Origin: Dehalococcoidia bacterium
Lineage (GTDB): Bacteria; Chloroflexota; Dehalococcoidia; UBA2979
Direction of reading: 5' to 3'
Assembly (NCBI GenBank): GCA_050248355.1
Contig: JBFWSN010000002.1
Span: 210,743-274,742, forward strand
Length of the DNA stretch: 64,000 nt
Translations under genes and position numbers: made by a program
Shown: positions 28,092 through 36,180 of the stretch, piece by piece
Numbering within the stretch: position 1 is the first letter of the stretch
How the letters are laid out: each line of letters begins with the position of its first letter
Notes under the pieces: model-generated
Seen by the model: the letters and a program-made list of their open reading frames with translations, nothing else
What the model was told of the DNA's origin: nothing
Database searches by the model: none

Positions 28092-28379
28092 GTGTCCATG
28101 GACACTCAAACGCTTCGCTTCACATTCGAACGGGACGCGGACCGGGAGGCGATCGAGGACGACATCGGCCTCGCGCTGTTCACGGCAAGCTGTCTCTACG
28201 GGCTGCCGAGCGTCCGCCTCGGAGCCCGATACCTGGTCAGCGACGACGGCAGTCGGTGCGTCGCCTCGATCGCAGGTACGGCCGGCGATGCGGTGCTGAG
28301 GATCTTCACCGGGCTCTGCGCCTCCAGGCTCGGCGAGGACGGCTTCCGCATCGAGCGCATCGGCGGTGCAGCATGTTGA
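28092..28379 (+). CDS. hypothetical protein (95 aa), translationally coupled to PrimPol
   Basis: Balanced, protein-like composition. Stop overlaps the PrimPol ATG (ATGTTGA). The competing 354-aa frame upstream of the PrimPol ATG is Arg-rich noise. Confidence 0.4.
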   Translation: MSMDTQTLRFTFERDADREAIEDDIGLALFTASCLYGLPSVRLGARYLVSDDGSRCVASIAGTAGDAVLRIFTGLCASRLGEDGFRIERIGGAAC

Positions 28380-29152
28380 GCCCCGACGCGTACAGCCTCG
28401 GGGATGCGGCGGTCGAACTTGCGCTCGCGGGGTGGTCGGTCTTCCCCTGCCACTCCACCGGGCCACGCGCCAAGTCCCCGATGTCCGCGCTCGCGCCGCA
28501 CGGCCATCTGAACGCCACCCGCGACCCGGAGACGATCCAGCGCTGGTGGAGTGACTGTCCCAACGCCATGATCGGCGGCGCAGTCCCCCCGTCGTTGCTC
28601 GTGATCGACATCGACCCGAGGAACGGCGGCAGCCTCGATGCCCTCCAGGCGATCGTCGGTGTGTTGCCGGGGACGCTCACTGTCTGGAGCGGTCGCGAAG
28701 ACGGCGGCCGCCACCTCTACTACCTCCGTCCCAGCGGCACCTTCACGTCGACGCGTCTGCCCGAAGGCATCGACCTCAAGGTGCACGGCTACGGCATCCT
28801 CCCGCCGAGCATCCACCCGGCGACGGGGCACCCGTATCGATGGGAAATCCGCAACCCTGCCCCGCTGCCGTCCGGCCTCCTCGCCTACCTGCGCCCGCTC
28901 CCGCCGCCTCCGCGTATGGCCGCAGGCTTCGGGAGGCTCAACGCTGACGCCCTCGTGCGGTTCGTCGCGGGCCTGCAGCCCGGCGAGCGGAACCGGGGCA
29001 CCTACTGGGCGGCGTGCCGCGCCGCGGACGACGGCGCCCTTGACGCCCTCACAACCGACCTCGTCGCTGCCGCCGTCCAGACCGGGCTCTCCGAGTACGA
29101 GGCGGTCCGCATCATCCGGTCGGCGCGCCGCACGACAGGAGCCCGCTCATGA
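28373..29152 (+). CDS. bifunctional DNA primase/polymerase (PrimPol, PF09250) N-terminal-domain protein
   Basis: GWSVFPC, LLVIDIDPRNGG, GGRHLYY and IDLKVHGYGILPPSIH motifs of the archaeo-eukaryotic primase Prim-Pol family. Confidence 0.7.
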   Translation: MLSPDAYSLGDAAVELALAGWSVFPCHSTGPRAKSPMSALAPHGHLNATRDPETIQRWWSDCPNAMIGGAVPPSLLVIDIDPRNGGSLDALQAIVGVLPGTLTVWSGREDGGRHLYYLRPSGTFTSTRLPEGIDLKVHGYGILPPSIHPATGHPYRWEIRNPAPLPSGLLAYLRPLPPPPRMAAGFGRLNADALVRFVAGLQPGERNRGTYWAACRAADDGALDALTTDLVAAAVQTGLSEYEAVRIIRSARRTTGARS

Positions 29153-30495
29153 CTGCCGTGCCCACCGTCCCTCCCGTCTCTGACCAGCCGCGCGACGACC
29201 TTTCGTCGCATACGTCGCTTTCCGCGCGGTCTCGCTCGTGGCCTGAGCCGCTGGCCCGAGAGGCTTTCTACGGGCTAGCAGGGGACATTGTCCGCGCGAT
29301 CGACCCGGTGACCGAGGCCGATCCCGCCGCCGTGCTGATGCAGTTGCTGGTTGCCGCCGGCAACGCCGCCGGCCGCCGGCCCTACTTCCAGGTCGAGGGC
29401 AACCGCCACGGCCTGAACCTGTCCGCCGCAGTTGTCGGAGATACCTCCAAGGCCCGCAAAGGCACGTCCTGGGGGCGCGTGGTCGACCTCATGCGCTCGG
29501 CAGACCCTGAGTGGGCGGGTGCCCACATCGTGACGGGCCTCTCCAGCGGCGAGGGGCTGATCTGGGCTGTACGCGACCCGATCTCGAAGACAGAGGCGAT
29601 CCGCGACCCGAAGACGAAGGAGGTGATCGACTACCAGGAGGTGATCGTAGACGAGGGGATCGCGGACAAGCGCCTCCTGGTCGTGGAGTCAGAACTCGCG
29701 TCGACCCTTCGCGTGATGGGGCGGGACGGTAACACGCTGTCCCCGGTCCTGAGGGAGGCGTGGGATTCCGGTGACCTGCGCACGCTCACGAAGAACTCCC
29801 CCGCCGTCGCGACGGGCGCGCACATATCCGTCATCGGGCACATCACCTCCGACGAACTCCGTCGCTACCTCGACCGTACGGAGGTCGCGAACGGACTCGG
29901 GAACCGATTCCTGTGGGTGTGCTCCCGCCGCTCGAAGATCCTGCCCGAAGGGGGTGGAGAGGTTGTAGGTCGCGCCGACCTTGTCCGGCGGCTCCACCGG
30001 GCACTCGCGTTTGCGGGCGACGTCGACGAGCTGCGCCGGGACGACGAGGCCCGCCAGGTCTGGAACGCCGTCTATCCGAAACTCTCCGAGGGCGCGCCGG
30101 GGCTGCTGGGGGCGATGACTGCTCGCGCTGAGGCGCAGGTGATGCGTCTCGCCGCACTCTACGCCGTGATGGACCGCTCGGTGCTCATCCGCGTGGAGCA
30201 CTTGTACGCGGCGCTGGCGGTCTGGGACTACGTCGCCTCATCGGTGGCGTTCACCTTCGGGGACTCCCTCGGCGATCCGGTCGCCGATGAGCTCCTCGAG
30301 GCGCTCCGGTCGCGCCCCGAAGGGATGACCAGGACGGAGATCCGCGACCTGTTCGGGCGGCACCGCTCCTCTGACCAGATCGGCCGCGCCCTGATCTCGC
30401 TCCACGTCCTGAACCTTATCGACTCCCGCACCGAGTCCACGGGCGGGCGGCCGGCGGAACGGTGGTTCGCGGTGTCCACGATCGGAGGCAACTGA
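29149..30495 (+). CDS. DUF3987-like primase-associated protein (putative helicase/loader partner of PrimPol)
   Basis: ATGA overlap with the PrimPol stop. AGGAGC RBS. Size and position match the DUF3987 proteins that follow plasmid and phage PrimPol genes. No clear Walker A, so the assignment is tentative. Confidence 0.45.
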   Translation: MTAVPTVPPVSDQPRDDLSSHTSLSARSRSWPEPLAREAFYGLAGDIVRAIDPVTEADPAAVLMQLLVAAGNAAGRRPYFQVEGNRHGLNLSAAVVGDTSKARKGTSWGRVVDLMRSADPEWAGAHIVTGLSSGEGLIWAVRDPISKTEAIRDPKTKEVIDYQEVIVDEGIADKRLLVVESELASTLRVMGRDGNTLSPVLREAWDSGDLRTLTKNSPAVATGAHISVIGHITSDELRRYLDRTEVANGLGNRFLWVCSRRSKILPEGGGEVVGRADLVRRLHRALAFAGDVDELRRDDEARQVWNAVYPKLSEGAPGLLGAMTARAEAQVMRLAALYAVMDRSVLIRVEHLYAALAVWDYVASSVAFTFGDSLGDPVADELLEALRSRPEGMTRTEIRDLFGRHRSSDQIGRALISLHVLNLIDSRTESTGGRPAERWFAVSTIGGN

Positions 30496-30839
30496 TGGGT
30501 TTCCTTGAACTCGCGAAGCAGGCGCGTGGCGCGGTAAGCGTCCAAAGCGACCAAAGTTCCTCTGATGGGCTGGTTTCGTCGCTTACCGCGCTTTCGTCGC
30601 ACTACACACCCGGCGATGGCTGTAGTCTCCACGGCGTCAGCAGCAGTGACGTCGCTGTCCGCTGGAGCCAACTCGAGGCGATCAGCGGCCAGACGCGGGA
30701 GGACGACCACGGAGCGCAATGGTCGGTGGTCGGGGTCTGCCCATGCTGCTGCGGACCATCCCGCGTCGAGACGCTCCTGTGCACGCCATGCGAGGTCGCA
30801 GACTCGACTGCACCTCGGCCCGATGGCAACAGGGGATGA
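30495..30839 (+). CDS. hypothetical Cys-rich small protein
   Basis: TGATG overlap with the upstream gene. Cys cluster VCPCCCGP...CTPCEV. Confidence 0.35.
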   Translation: MGFLELAKQARGAVSVQSDQSSSDGLVSSLTALSSHYTPGDGCSLHGVSSSDVAVRWSQLEAISGQTREDDHGAQWSVVGVCPCCCGPSRVETLLCTPCEVADSTAPRPDGNRG

Positions 30840-31009
30840 CGGCGGGTCAGCCCTACGTCCGCGTCCGCTGCCCGCAGTGCTCGCGGCTGCTGGCAGAAGC
30901 GATGCCGGGGAGCGCGCTGCGGGTGAAATGCGCACGCTGCAAGGCCGTGGTTGCGTGGCCGAGTCTCACTCGACCCGGCGATGGCAGGGCGGGAGAACTG
31001 GTAGACTAA
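30836..31009 (+). CDS. small zinc-ribbon protein (57 aa)
   Basis: ATGA overlap with the upstream ORF. CPQCSR...CARCKAVVAW is a four-Cys ribbon. Confidence 0.35.
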   Translation: MTAGQPYVRVRCPQCSRLLAEAMPGSALRVKCARCKAVVAWPSLTRPGDGRAGELVD

Positions 31010-31091
31010 AAGCAGTTCACATGCACCGCTGAGAGCGCCTCCGAGCGCCGATCCCGACGAGGGGCCGGCGCTCATTTGTTTGGAGGCGCAG

Positions 31092-32336
31092 GTGACGAAG
31101 ACGACCAGCAACACGCCGACGGTGGTCGCGACGCCACTCACTGCGCTCCATCCCGCCCCCTGGAACCCCCGCACGATCGCGGACGAGCGGTTCCAGAACC
31201 TCTGCGGCTCGGTCCGGTCCGACCCGGAGTTCCTCTGGCGCCGACCCGTCCTGGCGCAGGCCGACGGCACCATCTACGCCGGCAATATGCGCTACCTCGC
31301 TGCCCAGTACCTTGGCTTCGAGACCATCCCCGCGGTCATCGAGCAGGTTTCGGACCAACTCGCGCGCGAGCGAGCGTTGCGTGACAACCAGCAGTGGGGC
31401 GAGTGGGAACACGACGATCTGGCAGCGCTGCTGACTCGGCTTCGCGAGGACGGCAGCGACGTCGAGCTGCTTGGCTTCGACGAGCGTGAGCTACAGCAGC
31501 TGCTCGACCGGCTCAGCCCAACCGGCTCCCTGAGTGACCCTGACGAGGTGCCGGCGCTTCCAGACGAGCCCATCACAAAGGTCGGCGACCTCTGGAACCT
31601 GGGCGGACATCGCGTGCTCTGCGGCGACGCATCCGTCGCGGAGGACGTGGCGCGGGTCATGGACGGGTCGCTCGCCTCGTGTGTCTGGACGGACGCCCCC
31701 TACGGCGTGAACTACGTCGGCGGCACCAGGGAGCACCTGACGCTCAAGAACGACACCCCCGAGGGACTCGCGGACCTCCTTGCTCGCTCGTTCGCGGCGA
31801 TCGACTCGGCAATCGCGCCGGGTGCCGCGCTCTACTTTGCCCATCCCGCAGGACCGGGCTCGGTCGTGTTCGCCGAAGCATTCATCCGGCAGGGCTGGCG
31901 GCTGCATCAGCAGCTCGTGTGGGTGAAGAGCCGCCTGGTCCTCGGACACAGCGACTACCACTACCGCCACGAGCCGATCCTCTTCGGGTACAAGTCCGGC
32001 GCGTCCGGTCGGCGCGGCCGCGGTGGCCGTGGCTGGTATGGGGACAACACCGCGGACAGCGTGTTCGAGGTCCCGACGCCGACGCGCAACGACGATCATC
32101 CGACGTCGAAGCCGGTCGCGCTGATCGAACCGATGCTCCGCAACAGTTCACGGACCGGTGAAGTCGTACTCGACCCGTTCCTGGGATCGGGCAGCACGTT
32201 AATCGCTGCAGAGCAGCTCGGTCGGCGCTGCTTCGGGATTGACCTCGACCCCCGCTACGTGGATGTCGCCGTACGTCGTTGGGAGTCGTTCACCGGACAG
32301 CGGGCACAGCTAAGTCCGCGCACAGAAGGAAGGTAA
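31092..32336 (+). CDS. ParB-like nuclease N-terminal domain fused to a beta-class N6-adenine/N4-cytosine DNA methyltransferase. GTG start after GGAGG; the track TTG start is at 31080.
   Basis: N-terminal ParB/Srx motif (HPAPWNPR...GNMRYLAA). Methyltransferase motif IV TDAPYG precedes motif I DPFLGSGST, the order seen in beta-class amino-methyltransferases. Confidence 0.75.
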   Translation: MTKTTSNTPTVVATPLTALHPAPWNPRTIADERFQNLCGSVRSDPEFLWRRPVLAQADGTIYAGNMRYLAAQYLGFETIPAVIEQVSDQLARERALRDNQQWGEWEHDDLAALLTRLREDGSDVELLGFDERELQQLLDRLSPTGSLSDPDEVPALPDEPITKVGDLWNLGGHRVLCGDASVAEDVARVMDGSLASCVWTDAPYGVNYVGGTREHLTLKNDTPEGLADLLARSFAAIDSAIAPGAALYFAHPAGPGSVVFAEAFIRQGWRLHQQLVWVKSRLVLGHSDYHYRHEPILFGYKSGASGRRGRGGRGWYGDNTADSVFEVPTPTRNDDHPTSKPVALIEPMLRNSSRTGEVVLDPFLGSGSTLIAAEQLGRRCFGIDLDPRYVDVAVRRWESFTGQRAQLSPRTEGR

Positions 32337-32339
32337 GGG

Positions 32340-32621
32340 ATGAAGCGGTCAGTCGAACTCGACGACTTCCCGTATGAGGCACTCGAATGCCCGCGGTGCG
32401 GCAATCGCGGCGAGCGCCCCTTCAGCGCGGTCACGGTCGTCCTGATCGGCGCAGGCGGCGTTCCCGATTGGATCACGCCGTACCCCGAGTGGCCCGAACC
32501 GAATATCGACTGCCTCAATTGCGATTACTTCGGGCCGATCGAGATGTTCGTTGAAGGGGATCGCCCAGCAGAGCAGCCCTCGCACGGCGGCGGTGTGAAC
32601 GACGGGCCTGGACAGTGCTGA
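32340..32621 (+). CDS. small zinc-ribbon-like hypothetical protein
   Basis: GGAAGGTAAGGG RBS. CPRCGN...CLNCDY Cys pairs. Confidence 0.4.
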   Translation: MKRSVELDDFPYEALECPRCGNRGERPFSAVTVVLIGAGGVPDWITPYPEWPEPNIDCLNCDYFGPIEMFVEGDRPAEQPSHGGGVNDGPGQC

Positions 32622-32742
32622 CGCAGTCGGCCGCGCCCGTCAGCGCCCGGGCGCACCTCGACCCTGCCAGCTGTGCGCCACGCCAGCAGAGGTGGCCGAT
32701 GGTAGCGGCTGAGACGACCAGGCCCCGTCGGGACTGCCACTG

Positions 32743-33138
32743 ATGCGGCGCGCCTGTCGAGCCATCGCCCACGGCGGCGGGCCGTGCCAGGCGCCGCCGC
32801 TGCGTGACGACGACTTCTGCCGCATGCATTCGCCGGAACACGCGGAGGCGGTCGCGGACGCACGGCGACTGGGCGGTCAGCGCCGGCGGCGGGATGCGAC
32901 CCTCGGGACGGTGTACGACCTGGACGGCCTGGAAAGCGTCGCGCAGATCCGGCGCGTCGTGGAGATCGGCGTGCTCGGGGCGCTCGAACTCGAGAACTCG
33001 CTCGCCCGGTCGCGCACCCTCGCCTACCTGGCGCAGGTCGCGCTGCGCACACTGGAGGTCGGCGAGCTGGAAGAGCGGCTGTCAGCGCTCGAGGCGGCGA
33101 TGCGGACCCGCTCATCCTCGAAGGCGGGCTCGGCATGA
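32743..33138 (+). CDS. hypothetical Cys/His-motif protein, paralog A (N-terminus apparently frameshifted relative to paralog B)
   Basis: Motif C-x5-CQAxPLRDxxxCxxHSPEH followed by a coiled-coil tail. Roughly 45% identical to the 34578..34961 product. The conserved start context CCAGCAGAGGTrG..ATGGTAG lies at about 32690 but runs into a stop codon. Confidence 0.45.
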   Translation: MRRACRAIAHGGGPCQAPPLRDDDFCRMHSPEHAEAVADARRLGGQRRRRDATLGTVYDLDGLESVAQIRRVVEIGVLGALELENSLARSRTLAYLAQVALRTLEVGELEERLSALEAAMRTRSSSKAGSA

Positions 33139-33860
33139 CCGCAGCCGACCGTCGCCTGCGACAACTGGTGACGAATCTGAGCGCGCGGGAGCGCGCGCTG
33201 TGGTGCGTGGAAGCCGCGCTGGACGGCCGCGCGGAGGACCCGCTGGTCCGTGGCCTCATGCCCGGCAACCAGGTGACGGAATTCAACACACTGGTCAGCC
33301 ATGCCAACGCAGTCCTGCATGTGCTCTGGCCCGGTGCCCTGCTCCTGACACGAGAAGTCGAGGCACTCCGACTGCGCTATCTGCTCTTCCTGTCCCTGTC
33401 CGCGTGGGAAGCGGAACAGGCGGCACGCGAACGGCTGCTTGCCCAGCTGCTCCCCGCCACGGCATCGGACTCCGCCGACGATGCAGCGGTCACGTACGCG
33501 GCGCCGTCCCAGACGCCGCACGCTAGTCTCGACGGCGACATGCTGCCCGGTGGAGCGGCCTCGGACGCGGTCACGGCGCTGACCCGGGTGCTGCAGGACG
33601 AGATCCACGCGGGGTTCCAGTCCTCCTGGTCAGAGATGCTCGCCCTGGAGACAGTCATCGGCGAGGTGACCGACGTTTTCGGTCAAGACTCCGTCATTCC
33701 CGAGACACTGCGCGTGACACTCGATGCGGCGCAGTCCGACTTGCGCGTGCTCAGGAACGACGCCGCCCCCTTCCTCGAGCTACAGCCCACAGCCGCAGAG
33801 GCCTCGCTGACGGATCGCCTGCGTTGGAGCTTGCTGCGAGACGCACGGCTGTACGGGTAG
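33135..33860 (+). CDS. hypothetical protein (241 aa), partner A
   Basis: ATGA overlap with the upstream gene. N-terminus MTAADRRLRQL resembles the N-terminus of the 34958 product. Confidence 0.45.
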   Translation: MTAADRRLRQLVTNLSARERALWCVEAALDGRAEDPLVRGLMPGNQVTEFNTLVSHANAVLHVLWPGALLLTREVEALRLRYLLFLSLSAWEAEQAARERLLAQLLPATASDSADDAAVTYAAPSQTPHASLDGDMLPGGAASDAVTALTRVLQDEIHAGFQSSWSEMLALETVIGEVTDVFGQDSVIPETLRVTLDAAQSDLRVLRNDAAPFLELQPTAAEASLTDRLRWSLLRDARLYG

Positions 33861-34101
33861 CCTCCGGCTGACGTGGGTCACCCCGCGTCAGCGCGAGGAA
33901 CCAACGCAAAGGTCGGGCCAGTTCTGATTCCGAAGGACGGCTGGTGTCCGTCGGGCGCGCCGGCGATCAGCCCTCGTGCGGGTGGGGCGCAACACATGAG
34001 ATGCCGGGGCTCGACATCGGGTCAGCGTGCTGAGTCGTTGACTTCCTCCCCACCCCGAGTGAGTAGTCCCATCGCTGGATTGGTGCGAAAGGAGAACAGC
34101 G

Positions 34102-34446
34102 ATGCCAATCGAAGGTGGACTCCGGGACAAGCTCGAGCCGGGGACGGTGCTGGTGGCGAAGTACAAGGGCCAGGAGCACCGCGCCGTGGTGTTCCTGGAC
34201 GAAGAAGGAAAGACCCGCTACCGGCTGGAGGACGGGCGCGAGTTCAGGTCGCCGTCGGCAGCTGCGAGCGCAGTCATGGGAGGGATCGCGGCGAACGGCT
34301 GGCGGTGGTGGTCACTCCAGAGCGAGGCGACCGAAGAGCGGCCGAAGTCGGGCAAGGCCAGCAAGGCCCGCAAGCCCAAGGCCGTGGCGGAGACGACCGC
34401 GACCCCCGCGAGCGAGCCGGACGCCGAGGAGCCGACCGCCGAGTAA
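34102..34446 (+). CDS. hypothetical DNA-binding-like protein with a Lys/Ala/Pro-rich histone-H1-like C-terminal tail
   Basis: AAAGGAGAA RBS. Conserved-looking core (VLVAKYKGQEHRAVV...SPSAAASAVMGGIAANGWRWW), then the tail KSGKASKARKPKAVAETTATPA. Confidence 0.45.
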   Translation: MPIEGGLRDKLEPGTVLVAKYKGQEHRAVVFLDEEGKTRYRLEDGREFRSPSAAASAVMGGIAANGWRWWSLQSEATEERPKSGKASKARKPKAVAETTATPASEPDAEEPTAE

Positions 34447-34577
34447 CGGACGTCGGCGCCGCGACCGAGCAGGCACCCTCGCGGGGTCTGCCTCGTACTG
34501 ACGCCGGTGCATCGACGACCGACTATGACCACATCGTGTGTGTCCCTACCAACCTTCAGGGCCAGCAGAGGTAGGCA

Positions 34578-34961
34578 ATGGTAGGCATCCGGCCTAGCTG
34601 CCGCGAGTTGAACGCATCGGGTGCGCCCTGCCAGGCGACGCCCCTCCGCGACCAGGGCGTCTGCTTCTGGCACTCGCCCGAGCACGTCGCCGAGGCTGCC
34701 GAGGCCCGACGATTGGGTGGACTGCGCCGCCGGCGGGAGGGGACGCTGGCAGGTGCGTACGAGCTCGAGAGCCTGGCGTCGACCAGCGACCTGCGGCGAC
34801 TACTGGAAATCGCTGCGTTCGACGGTCTTGGTCTGGAGAGTTCAATCGCGCGGGTACGGGCGCTCACCGCGATCGTCCAGGTCGGGGCACGCCTGCTGGA
34901 AACGGGTGAGCTCGAACAACGCCTGGCCAATCTGGAGGCGACCGTGGAGGGCAGACAATGA
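34578..34961 (+). CDS. hypothetical Cys/His-motif protein, paralog B (intact)
   Basis: GAGGTAGG RBS. SCRELNASGAPCQATPLRDQGVCFWHSPEH motif and a coiled-coil C-terminus. Confidence 0.5.
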   Translation: MVGIRPSCRELNASGAPCQATPLRDQGVCFWHSPEHVAEAAEARRLGGLRRRREGTLAGAYELESLASTSDLRRLLEIAAFDGLGLESSIARVRALTAIVQVGARLLETGELEQRLANLEATVEGRQ

Positions 34962-35182
34962 GTCGCGGCGACCGGCTTCGAAAACTGGAGGAACAATTCC
35001 CACCGATTCCGGTCCTGTCACCGTTCGTGGAGTGGGCGGCGACGCTTCCGATTGACGACATGAGGGCAGTCCGCGACTACCTCCAGGCAATGATCGACAG
35101 CGAGTCGGAGGAGGCGTTGTTAGAAGATCCCCGATACCTCCGCGTCCGCGACCTGCTTCCGCTGGCGCCGCCCCTCTCGTGA
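34958..35182 (+). CDS. hypothetical small protein, partner B
   Basis: ATGA overlap. N-terminus MSRGDRLRKLEEQF parallels partner A. Confidence 0.4.
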   Translation: MSRGDRLRKLEEQFPPIPVLSPFVEWAATLPIDDMRAVRDYLQAMIDSESEEALLEDPRYLRVRDLLPLAPPLS

Positions 35183-35538
35183 ACCAACGCCGCAGGCTCG
35201 AAGCGCTCGAGCGGGTCGCGGTCAATCGGTGTACCGGCCGGCACATCGTCCTGGCGGATGAACTCGCAGCGGGATGTGACTGTGGACTCGTGCTGGTAGC
35301 AGAGGGGCGGCTCCTGCGCATCGTCTCGGGCGGAGCTTCGTAGCCCGCGTCACCGGCAAGTGAGTCCTGGAGCACCACCGGAGTTCACCCAGCGGCAACC
35401 TGGTCGAAATACTGAGCCGCTATCGTGACGGTCACGGACGCTTCCCTCGGCGCCCGCCTCACGTCCCGGCCGGGTCGACGGACCTATTCCCATCCCGTCG
35501 GCCCGGCCAAGCCTCATCCTTCCGTAGGCCACCGGGCG

Positions 35539-36180
35539 TCATTCCGAGAGCTTGACTGCCCGCTCTTCCGCGGATGACCGCTCGATGGCATCCAGCAGGC
35601 GATGCCGTGTGAGCGCGTGCTCGAAGTCGGGCATGAACGCCCCGTCGCTCCCCCAGACTTCAGCGAGTCGCGCATAACCCTGTGCCACGTTCCGAGGGGG
35701 ACCCAACGGGGTGCCTTCCGGGACGAGCGTGTATTCCTCCGGGACCGGGAGGGCGGTCAGATCGCTGTCCTGCAGAGCAGCGAAGACCTGATTTGGCCCC
35801 GTCGACAGCGCGCCGCCCGAGACGAGCGTCAGCGTGCCGTTTCTGCCGTAGATCTCGAGCCGGCTTCCACTGGGGCGGGGGACAGCCGCGACCTGGACGG
35901 TGACTTCCACTCCGGTCGTCAGGACGCCGGCCAGACCGATGGTGTCCGGGGAGTCGACGGGCACCATCGCGTTCATGTCTGTATCGCGCCACTCAGCCAC
36001 TCGGGTGGTCGCGCGAGCCCGCACTTCGCTGAACTCCCCCAGCACCGCGCACATCGCGTCGATGCCGTGTCCGCCGGCGATGGTCAGCGTGTTGGCGCCG
36101 TTGGCCCGCAGGCGCTGCCAGACGCGACCACTCCCTCGCTCCCATGCCGCCTGCGTCATGACGCTCAGATTGGCGCTCAG
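35539..36180 (-). pseudogene. Gfo/Idh/MocA-family oxidoreductase C-terminal-domain fragment; the N-terminal Rossmann domain is missing
   Basis: Product aligns to the Gfo/Idh/MocA C-terminal domain (GANTLTIAGGHGIDAMCAVLGEF...). The roughly 360 nt where the NAD-binding domain should be is occupied by the ABC gene promoter and start on the opposite strand. Confidence 0.4.

Larger units (their letters stand above)
25547..35350. mobile_element. putative integrated element of about 10 kb adjacent to tRNA-Gln/tRNA-Asn. Carries a serine integrase, an ECF-like sigma factor, a PrimPol replication module and a ParB-methyltransferase. The right boundary is approximate.
   Basis: Integrase abuts and overlaps the tRNA-Asn 3' half. 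The gene content is phage/plasmid-like and unrelated to the flanking metabolic genes. Densely packed same-strand genes show many 4-nt start/stop overlaps. The element ends before a truncated host gene at 35539. Confidence 0.5.

Noticed and set aside
28088-28372. N-terminal 95 codons of the 354-aa plus-strand track ORF upstream of the PrimPol ATG
   Set aside because: Arg-rich noise. The alternative frame 28092-28379 encodes a protein-like product and is stop/start coupled to PrimPol, so the PrimPol start is the internal ATG at 28373.
27630-28466. 278-aa minus-strand ORF
   Set aside because: Antisense to the sigma-factor and small-protein/PrimPol genes.
34036-34070. Sigma-70-like promoter (TTGACT -35) upstream of the 34102 gene
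   Set aside because: No acceptable -10 hexamer at the right spacing. High-GC organisms often use different consensus. Too weak to report as a feature.
35340-35370. Possible partial repeat of the tRNA-Asn 3' end (GAGTCCT…GGAGCA) near the element's right end
   Set aside because: Only a 7-nt plus 5-nt match. Serine integrases do not need long direct repeats, so this is probably coincidence. Left as something to test rather than call.
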